Assembly (NCBI GenBank): GCA_964402965.1
Contig: CAYODY010000003.1
Span: 9,846 to 73,845 of the forward strand
Direction: 5' to 3'
DNA length: 64,000 bases
From: an uncultured Candidatus Saccharibacteria bacterium
GTDB lineage: Bacteria > Patescibacteriota > Doudnabacteria > UBA920
Positions 49,829-59,462 of this stretch are shown in pieces (positions within the stretch are counted from its first letter, which is position 1; each line of letters begins with the position of its first letter). The position numbers and the translations under genes were made by a program. The notes below the pieces were generated by a model, which worked only from the letters and a program-made list of their open reading frames with translations, did not search any database and was not told where the DNA came from.

Positions 49829-51274
49829 ATGGAAAACAATACAACAACCGAAAAATACTATATTACAACAGCAATTGACTACATTAACGGCAAACCGCAT
49901 ATTGGCCATTCTTATGAAAAAGTAGCAGCAGATGTTTTAGCGCGTTTTCATCGTCAAAAAATTGGTAAAGAAAATGTACGTTTTTTGACAGGTACAGATG
50001 AACACGGTGCGAAGATAGAAAAGTTTGCTCAAACTGCAAATGTGCCAATTGAAAAATTTGCTGATGATGCTTCTGCTGGTTTTAAACTTGCATGGGACAA
50101 CTTAGACATTTCGTATGATAGATTCATTCGTACTACTGACGCTGATCATAATCAAAAAGTTCAAGAAATAGTAACAAAAATTCGAGATAACGGTTTTTTG
50201 TACGAAGCGGATTATGAAGGGTTGTATTGTGTTGGGCACGAAGCTTTTTTAACAGAGAAAGATTTAATAGATGGACTTTGTCCTGATCATAAAGTTGCGC
50301 CAGAACTTATTAAAGAAAAAAATTGGTTCCTTAAAGTTTCTGCTTTCACAGATACAATTAAAAATAAAATTGAGTCTGGAGAATTTCAAATTTATCCTGA
50401 ACATGCAAAGAAAGAAATTCTTAGTATGTTGAACGAAGGTTTTAACGACATAGCAGCGACTCGTCCAAACGTAAAGTGGGGGGTCACAGTACCTTGGGAT
50501 GCTGAACAAACTATTTATGTTTGGGTTGATGCTTTAATTAATTATGTAACAGGTGCTACTTCTGAATCTGGCACAGATTTTTGGCCAGCAAATCTGCATG
50601 TAATTGGTCCAGATATCGCAAAGTTTCATTGTATTATTTGGCCTGCATTACTACTCGCTGCAGGTTTGGAAATTCCAAAAGGAGTTGCGGTACATGGTTT
50701 TCTAACATTGAATAACCAAAAAATTTCTAAGACAACAGGAAATATTATTGATCCAAATGATTGGGTGGAAAAGTATGGTGCCGATGCAGTGCGATATTTT
50801 CTACTTCGCGAAACTCCATTCGATGCACATGGCGATGTAAGTGAAGAAAAACTTCGTGCGCGTTATGAAGGAGATTTAGCAAACGGTTTAGGAAATTTGG
50901 TTAGTCGCATTACAACTTTGGTTGAAAAGAATTTAGATGGCGTGGTTCCTGGTGGCACAACTCCTGAGCAAGAATACATTCCAACAAAAATTGATAACTT
51001 AATTACAAGCTACAAATTTCACGAAGCTTTGGCTGAAATCTGGACCGAAGTGGCGAAGGCAAATAAAATAGTAGATGAAACAAAACTCTGGGAATTACCT
51101 AAAACAGATATGGATGAGTTTGCACGCGTGACTAAGGAAGTGTTAGTTATTATTGAGAATGTTGCAAAACAGTTATTGCCATTTATTCCAACGAGCGCTC
51201 AGAAAATCTTAGACTCAGTGACTGCTGAAAAGATTGTTAAAGCCCAAGCATTGTTTCCAAGAATAGAAAATTAA
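49829..51274 (+). CDS. metG: Methionine-tRNA ligase (short form)
   Basis: YITTAIDY, HIGH, TGTDEHG, YVWVDAL, KISKT. Confidence 0.96.
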   Translation: MENNTTTEKYYITTAIDYINGKPHIGHSYEKVAADVLARFHRQKIGKENVRFLTGTDEHGAKIEKFAQTANVPIEKFADDASAGFKLAWDNLDISYDRFIRTTDADHNQKVQEIVTKIRDNGFLYEADYEGLYCVGHEAFLTEKDLIDGLCPDHKVAPELIKEKNWFLKVSAFTDTIKNKIESGEFQIYPEHAKKEILSMLNEGFNDIAATRPNVKWGVTVPWDAEQTIYVWVDALINYVTGATSESGTDFWPANLHVIGPDIAKFHCIIWPALLLAAGLEIPKGVAVHGFLTLNNQKISKTTGNIIDPNDWVEKYGADAVRYFLLRETPFDAHGDVSEEKLRARYEGDLANGLGNLVSRITTLVEKNLDGVVPGGTTPEQEYIPTKIDNLITSYKFHEALAEIWTEVAKANKIVDETKLWELPKTDMDEFARVTKEVLVIIENVAKQLLPFIPTSAQKILDSVTAEKIVKAQALFPRIEN

Positions 51275-51298
51275 CAACGCATAATTTAAATCTCAAGA

Positions 51299-52165
51299 AT
51301 GAATCTCATAGACACACATACTCATGTAAATTTGCGTGCGTTTAATGACGACGCTGAAGAAACTATTCAACGCTCTCTCGATGCTGGTGTAGTCGTTGTT
51401 AATGTTGGTACGCAAATAGATACAAGTCGACAAGCAGTAGCTCTATTAGAAAAATTTCCAGAGAATGTGTACGCAGTTGTAGGACTGCATCCATCTCATA
51501 CATTCGCACACGATTTTGAAGACGACTCGGAAGTGAAGTTTAAAACTCGAGAAGAACATTTCAATACGGAAATTTACCGCGCGCTCATCAACGACAGCGG
51601 CAATGCAAAACGAATAGTTGGTATAGGGGAGTGCGGGTTGGATTACTACAGACTTCCTGAAGATCGAGATCATGAAGAAATTAAGCAATTGCAACGCACT
51701 GCTTTTGACGAACAAATCAAACTCGCGCTTGAGTTAGACAAAGCACTTTGTGTTCACTGTAGACCGAGTGGAGAAACTCAGGATGCTTACGAGGACTTGT
51801 TAGAAATTATTCGCCAAGTAAAAATACAAAATCCAAATTTGCGTTTTGAAGTTCACTGCTATACTGGTAATTTAGAAAATGCCAAAAAGTTCATTGAGCT
51901 TGGAGGTTACATTGGTTTGAATGGAATTATTACTTTTGATAAGTCAGGACGCAGTGAAGAAGTTGTGAAAGGCATTCCTCTGAGTGCGATAATTTTAGAA
52001 ACCGATGCTCCATACTTAACACCTAAATCACATCGAGGACAACGTAATGAGCCTTCTTACCTTCCAGAGGTGGCAGAAAAAATTGCTGAGTGGAAGGATG
52101 TTACTTTAGAAGAGGTTGCTCAGACAACAACAGATAACGCGAAAAAACTTTTCAGTTTGCCATAA
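51299..52165 (+). CDS. tatD: TatD family nuclease
   Basis: DTHTH, GECGLDY, HCR, HCY, ETDAPYL, RNEP. Confidence 0.95.
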   Translation: MNLIDTHTHVNLRAFNDDAEETIQRSLDAGVVVVNVGTQIDTSRQAVALLEKFPENVYAVVGLHPSHTFAHDFEDDSEVKFKTREEHFNTEIYRALINDSGNAKRIVGIGECGLDYYRLPEDRDHEEIKQLQRTAFDEQIKLALELDKALCVHCRPSGETQDAYEDLLEIIRQVKIQNPNLRFEVHCYTGNLENAKKFIELGGYIGLNGIITFDKSGRSEEVVKGIPLSAIILETDAPYLTPKSHRGQRNEPSYLPEVAEKIAEWKDVTLEEVAQTTTDNAKKLFSLP

Positions 52166-52204
52166 GTTAATTTACGATCAGATCCAAATTAGATATTCAA
52201 AAAT

Positions 52205-52906
52205 ATGAATGAATTAGATAAGCCCAACAATACAGACTTAATAAGTGAGTTCAAACATACTCTTGAACAAAAATATGAACAAAAACAAGATGGTACTCTC
52301 GAATCCCCATTTTTAGATAGCAATTTAAACCGAGCTGAGGCTGTAGAGAGTATTTTAGAACATGACGAAACTTGCCCTCAAGAAATTATTGAAAGACAAG
52401 AAATTGTCTCGGTCAAGTATGTATCATTTGATGATAATTATCATGAAGGGCAAATTGTGGTAGATAAAAGTTTATCTGCGGACGTAAAGGATTTTTTTAA
52501 ACTGTTGTTAGAATTAAAATTTCCAGTTCAGAGTGTAATCCCAATTGTAAAATTTGGTTGGGTAGATATAAGTTCAATGGAAGCAAATAATAGCTCTGCA
52601 TTTAATTTTAGACTAAAAGAAGGTAACGAGGAAACTAAACACGAAATTTCGAATCATGGCTATGGTTTCGCAATGGATATTAACCCAAAGTTAAATCCAG
52701 TGTTCAAATGGGTTGGTGAAGGTGCGGATAGACAAGAAGTAAAAGAGCCAAACAATGGAAAGTATAATATCGAAAATAATGGAACGTTTTTTGCAGATCA
52801 CCCAGCCGTACAATTTATGAAAGAACGTGGGTGGACCTGGGGCGGTGACTGGACTTCATTAAAAGATTATCATCATTTTGAAAAAATAATAAATTATAAT
52901 AATTAA
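52205..52906 (+). CDS. M15 family peptidoglycan peptidase
   Basis: NSSAFNFR, SNHGYGFAMDINP, WGGDW...DYHHFE. Confidence 0.88.
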   Translation: MNELDKPNNTDLISEFKHTLEQKYEQKQDGTLESPFLDSNLNRAEAVESILEHDETCPQEIIERQEIVSVKYVSFDDNYHEGQIVVDKSLSADVKDFFKLLLELKFPVQSVIPIVKFGWVDISSMEANNSSAFNFRLKEGNEETKHEISNHGYGFAMDINPKLNPVFKWVGEGADRQEVKEPNNGKYNIENNGTFFADHPAVQFMKERGWTWGGDWTSLKDYHHFEKIINYNN

Positions 52907-52916
52907 ACTAAAATAT

Positions 52917-53309
52917 ATGAATGGATACATTGCAAATATCGAGGATCTTACATTAAAAAATGAAGATTTTCGCCGTGTACTATACACAGGTAAAAATAGT
53001 CAATTAGTTTTGATGAGTATTGCATTAGGGGAAGATATTGGAGAAGAAACTCATCATCTTGATCAATTCTTACGCTTTGAAAAAGGCCAAGGAAAAGTTA
53101 TTTTAGACGGCGTAGAATCTGCTGTAGAAGATGGTTCCGCAGTTGTAATCCCTGCAGGAACTAAACATAATGTAATTAATGTTGGAGAAGAACCTTTGAA
53201 ACTTTATTCAATTTACTCACCACCTGAGCATAAAGATGGAGTTGTTCATCATACAAAAGCTGATGCTCTTGCCAATGAAGAACATTTTGATGGTAAAACA
53301 ACTGAGTAA
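52917..53309 (+). CDS. Cupin domain protein
   Basis: GEETH..DQF...G, IPAGTKHNV, YSPPEH. Confidence 0.9.
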   Translation: MNGYIANIEDLTLKNEDFRRVLYTGKNSQLVLMSIALGEDIGEETHHLDQFLRFEKGQGKVILDGVESAVEDGSAVVIPAGTKHNVINVGEEPLKLYSIYSPPEHKDGVVHHTKADALANEEHFDGKTTE

Positions 53310-53395
53310 TTTGAACTTTACGATCTGATATAATATAGACACTAGTTGTTTGAAAAAAATCAACTTTTGTATTGAAATAAAAATAATAAAACAAA

Positions 53396-54544
53396 ATGCT
53401 CTTTCATTTTCATCTACCGCATTACTTTGGTGCTAAAATCCGCAAAGAAATAGAACACCTATACGCCGCTGTTGCTATTGGGAACTTGGCAATGGCAATT
53501 ATTACTCTGTTTGAACCGATTTTCCTGTACCAAGTAGTAGGTCTTTCTATTCCAGAAATATTAATGTTTTTCGTGGCAGTTTATGCCTTGTATGCGTTAA
53601 TAGTCCCGTTGGGTGGTAAATTTGCTGCAAGATTTGGTTATGCTCATTCAATTTTCTTCAGCATACCATTCCAGATTCTCTATTGGTTTTTAATTCTTGC
53701 TGCACAAAAAGATGCTCTGTTCTTAATTCCAGCAGCAATTGTTTTTGCTATCCAAAAAAGTTTGTATTGGCCATCGCTTCATGCTACTATGGCGCGTTTT
53801 TCAAAAAGTACCCAACGCGGTAGGGAATTTAGCATGATGTATGCCATTATGAATCTGATGCAGATCATTGGTCCGATGATCGGTGGTTTCCTTTCAGCAG
53901 TACTAGGGATTCAATCTATTTTTATTATCGCATCTATTATTTACTTCTGTTCCGCAGTTCCACTTCTTTGGTCACGTGAACGTTTTCAACCAAAACCATA
54001 CAAGTTCCACGATACTGTAGATTTGTACAAAAAATATACTGCAAAGTTTTTGGGTTTCTTTGGGTTTGGTGAAGAGCTTTTGGTGCTGACTATTTGGCCA
54101 ATCTTTATTTTCACTATAATTAAGAACTATCAAGATACTGGCGCTCTTGTAACGGTGGCGACTTTGGTGGCAACAGGTTTGGCGCTTTACATTGGTTTCT
54201 TTACAGATAAGCATAGCAAAGAGTCTCTACTGAAAGCGGGGACTTTAATATACGCTCTTACATGGCTTGCTCGCGTGCCAATAATTTCGCCATTTGCGGT
54301 TTTCATTGCCGATGCGCTATCTAGAACCACAAAGAGTTTGGTGTTCATTCCAACATCTGCTTTAACTTACGAACGAGCAGAACAAACGCATATAATGCCC
54401 TATGTAATTGGGGTTGAACAGGTTTTGGCAATAGGGAAGATGCTTGCTGCGATAGTAGGAATAATAATTTTCTCTGCAACAGGTAGTTTTGTAGCATTGT
54501 TCATTGCTGGTGCCATTTTCTCGCTATTTTACTTTTTAATTTAA
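53396..54544 (+). CDS. MFS transporter
   Basis: About 12 TMs, GGKFAARFG motif-A variant, RG..S...IIGP. Confidence 0.85.
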   Translation: MLFHFHLPHYFGAKIRKEIEHLYAAVAIGNLAMAIITLFEPIFLYQVVGLSIPEILMFFVAVYALYALIVPLGGKFAARFGYAHSIFFSIPFQILYWFLILAAQKDALFLIPAAIVFAIQKSLYWPSLHATMARFSKSTQRGREFSMMYAIMNLMQIIGPMIGGFLSAVLGIQSIFIIASIIYFCSAVPLLWSRERFQPKPYKFHDTVDLYKKYTAKFLGFFGFGEELLVLTIWPIFIFTIIKNYQDTGALVTVATLVATGLALYIGFFTDKHSKESLLKAGTLIYALTWLARVPIISPFAVFIADALSRTTKSLVFIPTSALTYERAEQTHIMPYVIGVEQVLAIGKMLAAIVGIIIFSATGSFVALFIAGAIFSLFYFLI

Positions 54545-54625
54545 AATTTAGACTTATCCACAAGGCAAGACTGCATTTTTGAGTGAATTGATATAATTAA
54601 AGTGACTAAAATTAATAAATAAAAT

Positions 54626-54856
54626 ATGAATGATCCAAAGAAATTAAAAATTGCCATTGTGGTAGTTATTGTTTTGGGAATAGCTATTGGTGGTGTGTTT
54701 GCGTATAAATATGAAAGACTAAATTCTTCTGTCGCGGCATTTTCCGAAAATATTCAAGGAGTGAAAACTAGTGACGAAGCTAAGCAGGAAGTTAAAAATT
54801 TATTAGAAACTACAAATACAGGTGGTACTCCAGTAGCCAATACGTCAATTAAATAA
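54626..54856 (+). CDS. Small single-TM protein, paralogous to the N-terminus of the next gene
   Basis: LNSSVAAFSENIQGVKTSDEAK resembles LNAKVLAFSDVIQQVKTDTDAK. Confidence 0.7.
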   Translation: MNDPKKLKIAIVVVIVLGIAIGGVFAYKYERLNSSVAAFSENIQGVKTSDEAKQEVKNLLETTNTGGTPVANTSIK

Positions 54857-54862
54857 AAGTTT

Positions 54863-55999
54863 ATGAAATCTCAAAAAGACAATACAAGGGAAGTAAGACA
54901 ACTACAAATAGTACTGGGGATAGTAACTTTAATAGCGTTGGTTTTTGTTGGAACGTATATTTGCCGATTCCGTAGTTTGAATGCTAAAGTTTTGGCATTT
55001 TCTGATGTTATTCAACAGGTTAAGACAGATACTGATGCAAAGATCGCAGTTGCTGTATTTTTTAAACAAACAGCTTCAAATACTGGAGCGCTTACATCTC
55101 AGGCTTTTTCAGCTTTAAGGTATGGAGGGGAGTGCATCTCTTTCTACCAAGACACTGCTACATGTTGGAAGAACGCTTCTCAAATACAAAATTTAGAAAT
55201 AGTTCAAGGTATAGGCGGTATTCCTGCGTTAGGAGATCCATCAATAAATGACTATTGTGCGATGTTTCCAAATCTTTTAGATATGTGCAGAATAACTAAT
55301 TCGTCTACAAGTAGTTCTTCAGACTTAACTCCTGCTCCTTGTTATTACACTGATGAAGGGTGTGGTGGAGAAGATGAAGGTACAAATAATAATCAAGATA
55401 CTAGTGATACTCCATATTGTGGTGGTTCTGATTCAGGTGATATGCCAGATAGCTGTTGGCCTGATAATTACAGTAGTGGTAATTGGATATATCCATCTAA
55501 TATTGAAGATTTTATGCCGCAAGCTTCAAATACAAATAATAACGTACAACCTCCTCAGAATATGACGGAAGAATGTTATGTATATGGGAATTGCAGTACA
55601 TCTAATCAAAATCAATCTGCAAATAACAATACTCCTACAACCGCTTCGCATGATACATCTGCACAAAATTTATGGTTTAATCCAATCGCCCCACAAGAAA
55701 ATTCTCATTCAAACAGTCAAACACAAACAACAACAAATCAATCTTCTGGTAACTCAGGTGGGTTTTGGAATACTTTTTCGAACAGTATTAGTTCTATATT
55801 TAGTGGGTTGTTTAATAATAATTCGCCAACGATTGTTACACCACCTATTGTTGTACCGGCAACACCAAATTCAACTACCACTACACCAAGTGGTTCAACA
55901 ACTGTGCCGTCAAATGTCCCTGTAAGTGTATCCAGTACAGATTCGTCCTGTAAGGTTTGGGTTTTTAGACACGGAACCTGGTTTTGTACAAATCACTAG
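54863..55999 (+). CDS. Membrane-anchored Cys- and S/T/N-rich surface protein
   Basis: One N-terminal TM; paired Cys; long low-complexity stretches. Confidence 0.75.
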   Translation: MKSQKDNTREVRQLQIVLGIVTLIALVFVGTYICRFRSLNAKVLAFSDVIQQVKTDTDAKIAVAVFFKQTASNTGALTSQAFSALRYGGECISFYQDTATCWKNASQIQNLEIVQGIGGIPALGDPSINDYCAMFPNLLDMCRITNSSTSSSSDLTPAPCYYTDEGCGGEDEGTNNNQDTSDTPYCGGSDSGDMPDSCWPDNYSSGNWIYPSNIEDFMPQASNTNNNVQPPQNMTEECYVYGNCSTSNQNQSANNNTPTTASHDTSAQNLWFNPIAPQENSHSNSQTQTTTNQSSGNSGGFWNTFSNSISSIFSGLFNNNSPTIVTPPIVVPATPNSTTTTPSGSTTVPSNVPVSVSSTDSSCKVWVFRHGTWFCTNH

Positions 56000-56009
56000 C
56001 CGCAAATAC

Positions 56010-56037
56010 AAAAACCTCCCTCACTGGGAGGTTTTTT
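56010..56037 (+). terminator. Intrinsic terminator
   Basis: AAAAACCTCCC-TCACT-GGGAGGTTTTTT. Confidence 0.85.
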
Positions 56038-56077
56038 GATATAATGTAATCACGTATCTTAACCAACTCAAAACCGC

Positions 56078-57334
56078 ATGACATACGACAATCTAGAGAA
56101 AAACGACCCTAGTGTATCAGAAATTATCTCTGCAGAAGCTAAACGTCAAAAAGAAGGAATTGAACTAATCCCATCTGAAAATTATGTTTCATCAGCGGTG
56201 CTAGAAGCGCTTGGAAGCGTGATGACAAACAAATACTCTGAAGGTTACGTTGGTAAACGTTATTATGGCGGACAAGAAAATACCGACAAAGTCGAACAGC
56301 TTGCAATTGACCGTGCCAAACAACTTTTTGGTGCGGAACATGTAAACGTTCAACCGCTTAGCGGCGCACCTGCAAACATCGCAGTGTACTTTGCATTACT
56401 TGAACCAGGCGATACTGTTTTGGGAATGGATTTAGCTCATGGCGGTCACTTAACTCATGGTCATCCAGTAACCTATGCCGCGAAACTGTTTAACTTCGTG
56501 CGTTATGGGATGAAAGATATCTCAACAGGTGAAATTGATTACGAAGAACTTCGCGCAACTGCAGTTAAGGAAAAACCAAAAATTATTCTTGCAGGCTTTT
56601 CTGCTTACCCTCGCGAAATAGATTACGCAAAAATTAAATCAATTGCTGATGAGGTTGGTGCAATAACAATGATGGATGCTGCTCATATTGCAGGATTGAT
56701 TGCAGGAAAACAACTTCGCAATCCATTTGAAGATGGCTTTGATATAGTAACAACCACAACACATAAAACATTGCGTGGACCTCGCGGTGGTTTAATAATG
56801 TGCAAAGAACAATTTGCAAAAGTAATAGATAAATCTGTGTTCCCAGGGTTTCAAGGTGGTCCACATATGAATAACATTGCCGCCAAAGCTGTTGCTTTCG
56901 GCGAAGCGTTGCAACCTGAGTTTCAAGAATATTCCAAACAAGTTTTATTAAACGCTCAAGCTTTGGCTTCGGCTCTAACAGAAAAAGGTGGACACTTAAT
57001 TACTGGCGGAACAAGTAATCATTTAATGTTAGTAGATGTAGTGAAGTCGTGGAACGTAACAGGTAAGCAAGCGCAAACTTTGCTAGACACAGTGGGAATT
57101 ACATTAAATATGAACATGATAGCAGGTGACACACGTAGTCCAATGGATCCAAGTGGAATTCGTTTGGGCACACCTGCAATTACAACTCGCGGTGCTAAAG
57201 AAGCGGATATGCAAAAGATTGTAGATTGGATGGTGCAAGTATTGCAAAATCCAGAAGATGCTAGTTTGCACGAAAAAATAAAGTCAGAAGTACGTGAGTT
57301 CAGTTTGCAGTTTCCTGTTCCAGGGATTGCATAA
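56078..57334 (+). CDS. glyA: Serine hydroxymethyltransferase
   Basis: LIPSEN, NKYSEGY..RYYGG, GGHLTHG, TTTHKTLRGPRGG, FPGFQGGP. Confidence 0.98.
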   Translation: MTYDNLEKNDPSVSEIISAEAKRQKEGIELIPSENYVSSAVLEALGSVMTNKYSEGYVGKRYYGGQENTDKVEQLAIDRAKQLFGAEHVNVQPLSGAPANIAVYFALLEPGDTVLGMDLAHGGHLTHGHPVTYAAKLFNFVRYGMKDISTGEIDYEELRATAVKEKPKIILAGFSAYPREIDYAKIKSIADEVGAITMMDAAHIAGLIAGKQLRNPFEDGFDIVTTTTHKTLRGPRGGLIMCKEQFAKVIDKSVFPGFQGGPHMNNIAAKAVAFGEALQPEFQEYSKQVLLNAQALASALTEKGGHLITGGTSNHLMLVDVVKSWNVTGKQAQTLLDTVGITLNMNMIAGDTRSPMDPSGIRLGTPAITTRGAKEADMQKIVDWMVQVLQNPEDASLHEKIKSEVREFSLQFPVPGIA

Positions 57335-57359
57335 ATTTTAAAGAAATTAAAGAAAAAAC

Positions 57360-58169
57360 ATGGAATTATTTCAAGCATTTGTATTAGGTTTGGTTCAAGG
57401 GCTGGGGGAGTTCTTGCCAATTTCATCATCCGCCCATTTAGTCATAGTTCCATGGTTGTTTAATTGGCATGACCAAGGTTTAGCTTTCGATGTCGCGTTG
57501 CATTGGGGCACTTTAGTAGCAGTATTAACTTATTTTTATAACGATGTTTGGTTGTTAATTAAAGGATTCTTTCATTCACTTTCAAAGTCTACTCGCGACT
57601 TGGAAAGTAATACTTACCAAAAGTTGGCATGGTTGTTAGTAATTGCATCTGTACCAGGAGCAGTGATAGGAAAACTTTTGGAGTCACAAGCTGAAACAGT
57701 TTTCCGTAGCCCATTGTTAATCGCTATAACTTTAAGTGTTGTTGGAATTATTTTGTGGATTGCCGATAGAGTAGGGAAGAAAACAAAAAACATGAATCAT
57801 ATAACATGGCAGAATTCAGTACTCATTGGCTTGGCTCAGTCTGCAGCAATTATTCCGGGAATATCTCGTAGTGGGGCAACAATGACTAGCGGTTTGTTAA
57901 TGGGGTTTACTCGAGAAGATGCCGCTAAGTTCAGTTTTTTAATGTCTATTCCAATTATTGCTGGGGCAGGTTTGCTAAAGCTTCCAGAAATTTTGCACAT
58001 TGAAAACCAAATGGAGGTATTAGTGGGTTTTCTTTCCGCAACTATTTTTGGTTTCCTCGCTATTAAGTTTATGATGAGATACATTTCCACCAAATCTTTC
58101 GCGTTGTTTACATGGTATAGGCTTGGTTTAGCAGGGTTAATTTTAGCGGTGTATTTTTTCCGAGGATAG
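57360..58169 (+). CDS. uppP: Undecaprenyl-diphosphatase BacA/UppP
   Basis: VQGLGEFLPISSSAH, PGISRSGAT, FSFLMSIP. Confidence 0.96.
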   Translation: MELFQAFVLGLVQGLGEFLPISSSAHLVIVPWLFNWHDQGLAFDVALHWGTLVAVLTYFYNDVWLLIKGFFHSLSKSTRDLESNTYQKLAWLLVIASVPGAVIGKLLESQAETVFRSPLLIAITLSVVGIILWIADRVGKKTKNMNHITWQNSVLIGLAQSAAIIPGISRSGATMTSGLLMGFTREDAAKFSFLMSIPIIAGAGLLKLPEILHIENQMEVLVGFLSATIFGFLAIKFMMRYISTKSFALFTWYRLGLAGLILAVYFFRG

Positions 58170-58190
58170 TTGGCTTAAAGTAAAATTAAT

Positions 58191-58730
58191 ATGATAACCA
58201 AAACAAATTATTTAGAGTTTCAAAAACGTTTAAAGACAAATAAATTGTATAGATACTTCTGGCAATTTTGGAGTAACTATTCATTTGTGTTTTTTGTGAT
58301 CGTTGCTTTAATTGTATTTACTAATCCTGAACTATTTAAGATTTGGAAACCGTTAATGTTTCTATCTTTTTTGTCTTTTGTAATTGCCCGTATGATTGTA
58401 GTGTTTAACATAAATCTGTTGTACAACAGAGAGCGACCGTATCAGAAGTTTGGATTTGATCCAATTACGTCGTGGTTTTTTTCTTATAAAACACATACTC
58501 CAAATTCTTTTCCATCCCGTCATTCAGCGGCATTTTTTTCGGTTGCCGCTGTGGTCTGTTTGTTCATTCCTGTACTAGGCGCGTTCTTGCTGATAGTGTC
58601 AGGAATCACTGGTACGGCGCGTGTGGTGTTGGGTTACCACTGGCCATCAGATATTCTCGCTGGGGCAATAATTGGGGCAATTGTTGGGATTTTAACAGTA
58701 TATTTGGGCTATCCGATTATCTTTACTTAA
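58191..58730 (+). CDS. PAP2 family phosphatase
   Basis: RERP, SFPSRH, ARVVLGYHWPSD. Confidence 0.9.
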   Translation: MITKTNYLEFQKRLKTNKLYRYFWQFWSNYSFVFFVIVALIVFTNPELFKIWKPLMFLSFLSFVIARMIVVFNINLLYNRERPYQKFGFDPITSWFFSYKTHTPNSFPSRHSAAFFSVAAVVCLFIPVLGAFLLIVSGITGTARVVLGYHWPSDILAGAIIGAIVGILTVYLGYPIIFT

Positions 58731-58770
58731 GCCAGCAAAACTGATAAAATTATTAGGATTTTAGGAATTT

Positions 58771-58855
58771 GCCGGTGTGGCGGAACGGTATACGCTGCGC
58801 ACTCAAAATGCGTTGTCCTCTGGGCGTGTGGGTTCGATTCCCACCACCGGCACCA
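58771..58855 (+). tRNA. tRNA-Leu(CAA)
   Basis: GCCGGTG/CACCGGC acceptor, GCGCA-CTCAAAA-TGCGT, long variable arm, CCA. Confidence 0.96.
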
Positions 58856-58860
58856 AGTTT

Positions 58861-59460
58861 ATGTATTATACAAAACCTATAGTATGGAATAGGGAAGTAT
58901 TGGCTTATCTGATTGGCGTTGCTTTGGGCGATGGTAATTTATCTAAAGTAAATGGCAGAGTCACAAGATTAAGGGTAACTTGTGACATAAAATATACTTT
59001 CTTAATCACGGAAATAATTGCAGCTTTGAAATTTGTTCTCCCAGAAAGCTCTATAGGAATAGTAGGAAATCATAGAAAGTGTTTAAATATAGTTTCTTAC
59101 TCAAATCATTGGGAGACAATTTTAGGATGGAAAGCTCAAAAAGGTAGTAAGTATGAGCAAAATTCTAATGTCCCTGAATGGGTTTGGTGTAAAGATGAAT
59201 ATATTAAGGCATGCCTTAAGGGATTAATAGAAACAGATGGTTCTATATATCACGATAGAGGGTATCCTATGGTTATGTTTACAAATATTGTTGAAGATTT
59301 AGCAAAAGATGTTTGGTATATGATGAAATGGTTAGGGTTTGAACCTAGAATGTATGATTTTATGCCAAAATCTAAGTTTAATTCGAAGCGAACATATCAC
59401 GTTAGATTGTCATGTAAAGTTCAAGAGTTTTTAAATATAGTAAAACCACTTAAAGCATAA
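58861..59460 (+). mobile_element. Free-standing two-motif LAGLIDADG homing endonuclease-like gene
   Basis: LAYLIGVALGDG and CLKGLIETDG motifs; ATG 5 nt after the tRNA CCA; AT-rich. Confidence 0.85.
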
Positions 59461-59462
59461 AA

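Noticed and set aside
54554-54562. DnaA box TTATCCACA as oriC
   Set aside because: Single box with no cluster and no dnaA/dnaN nearby.
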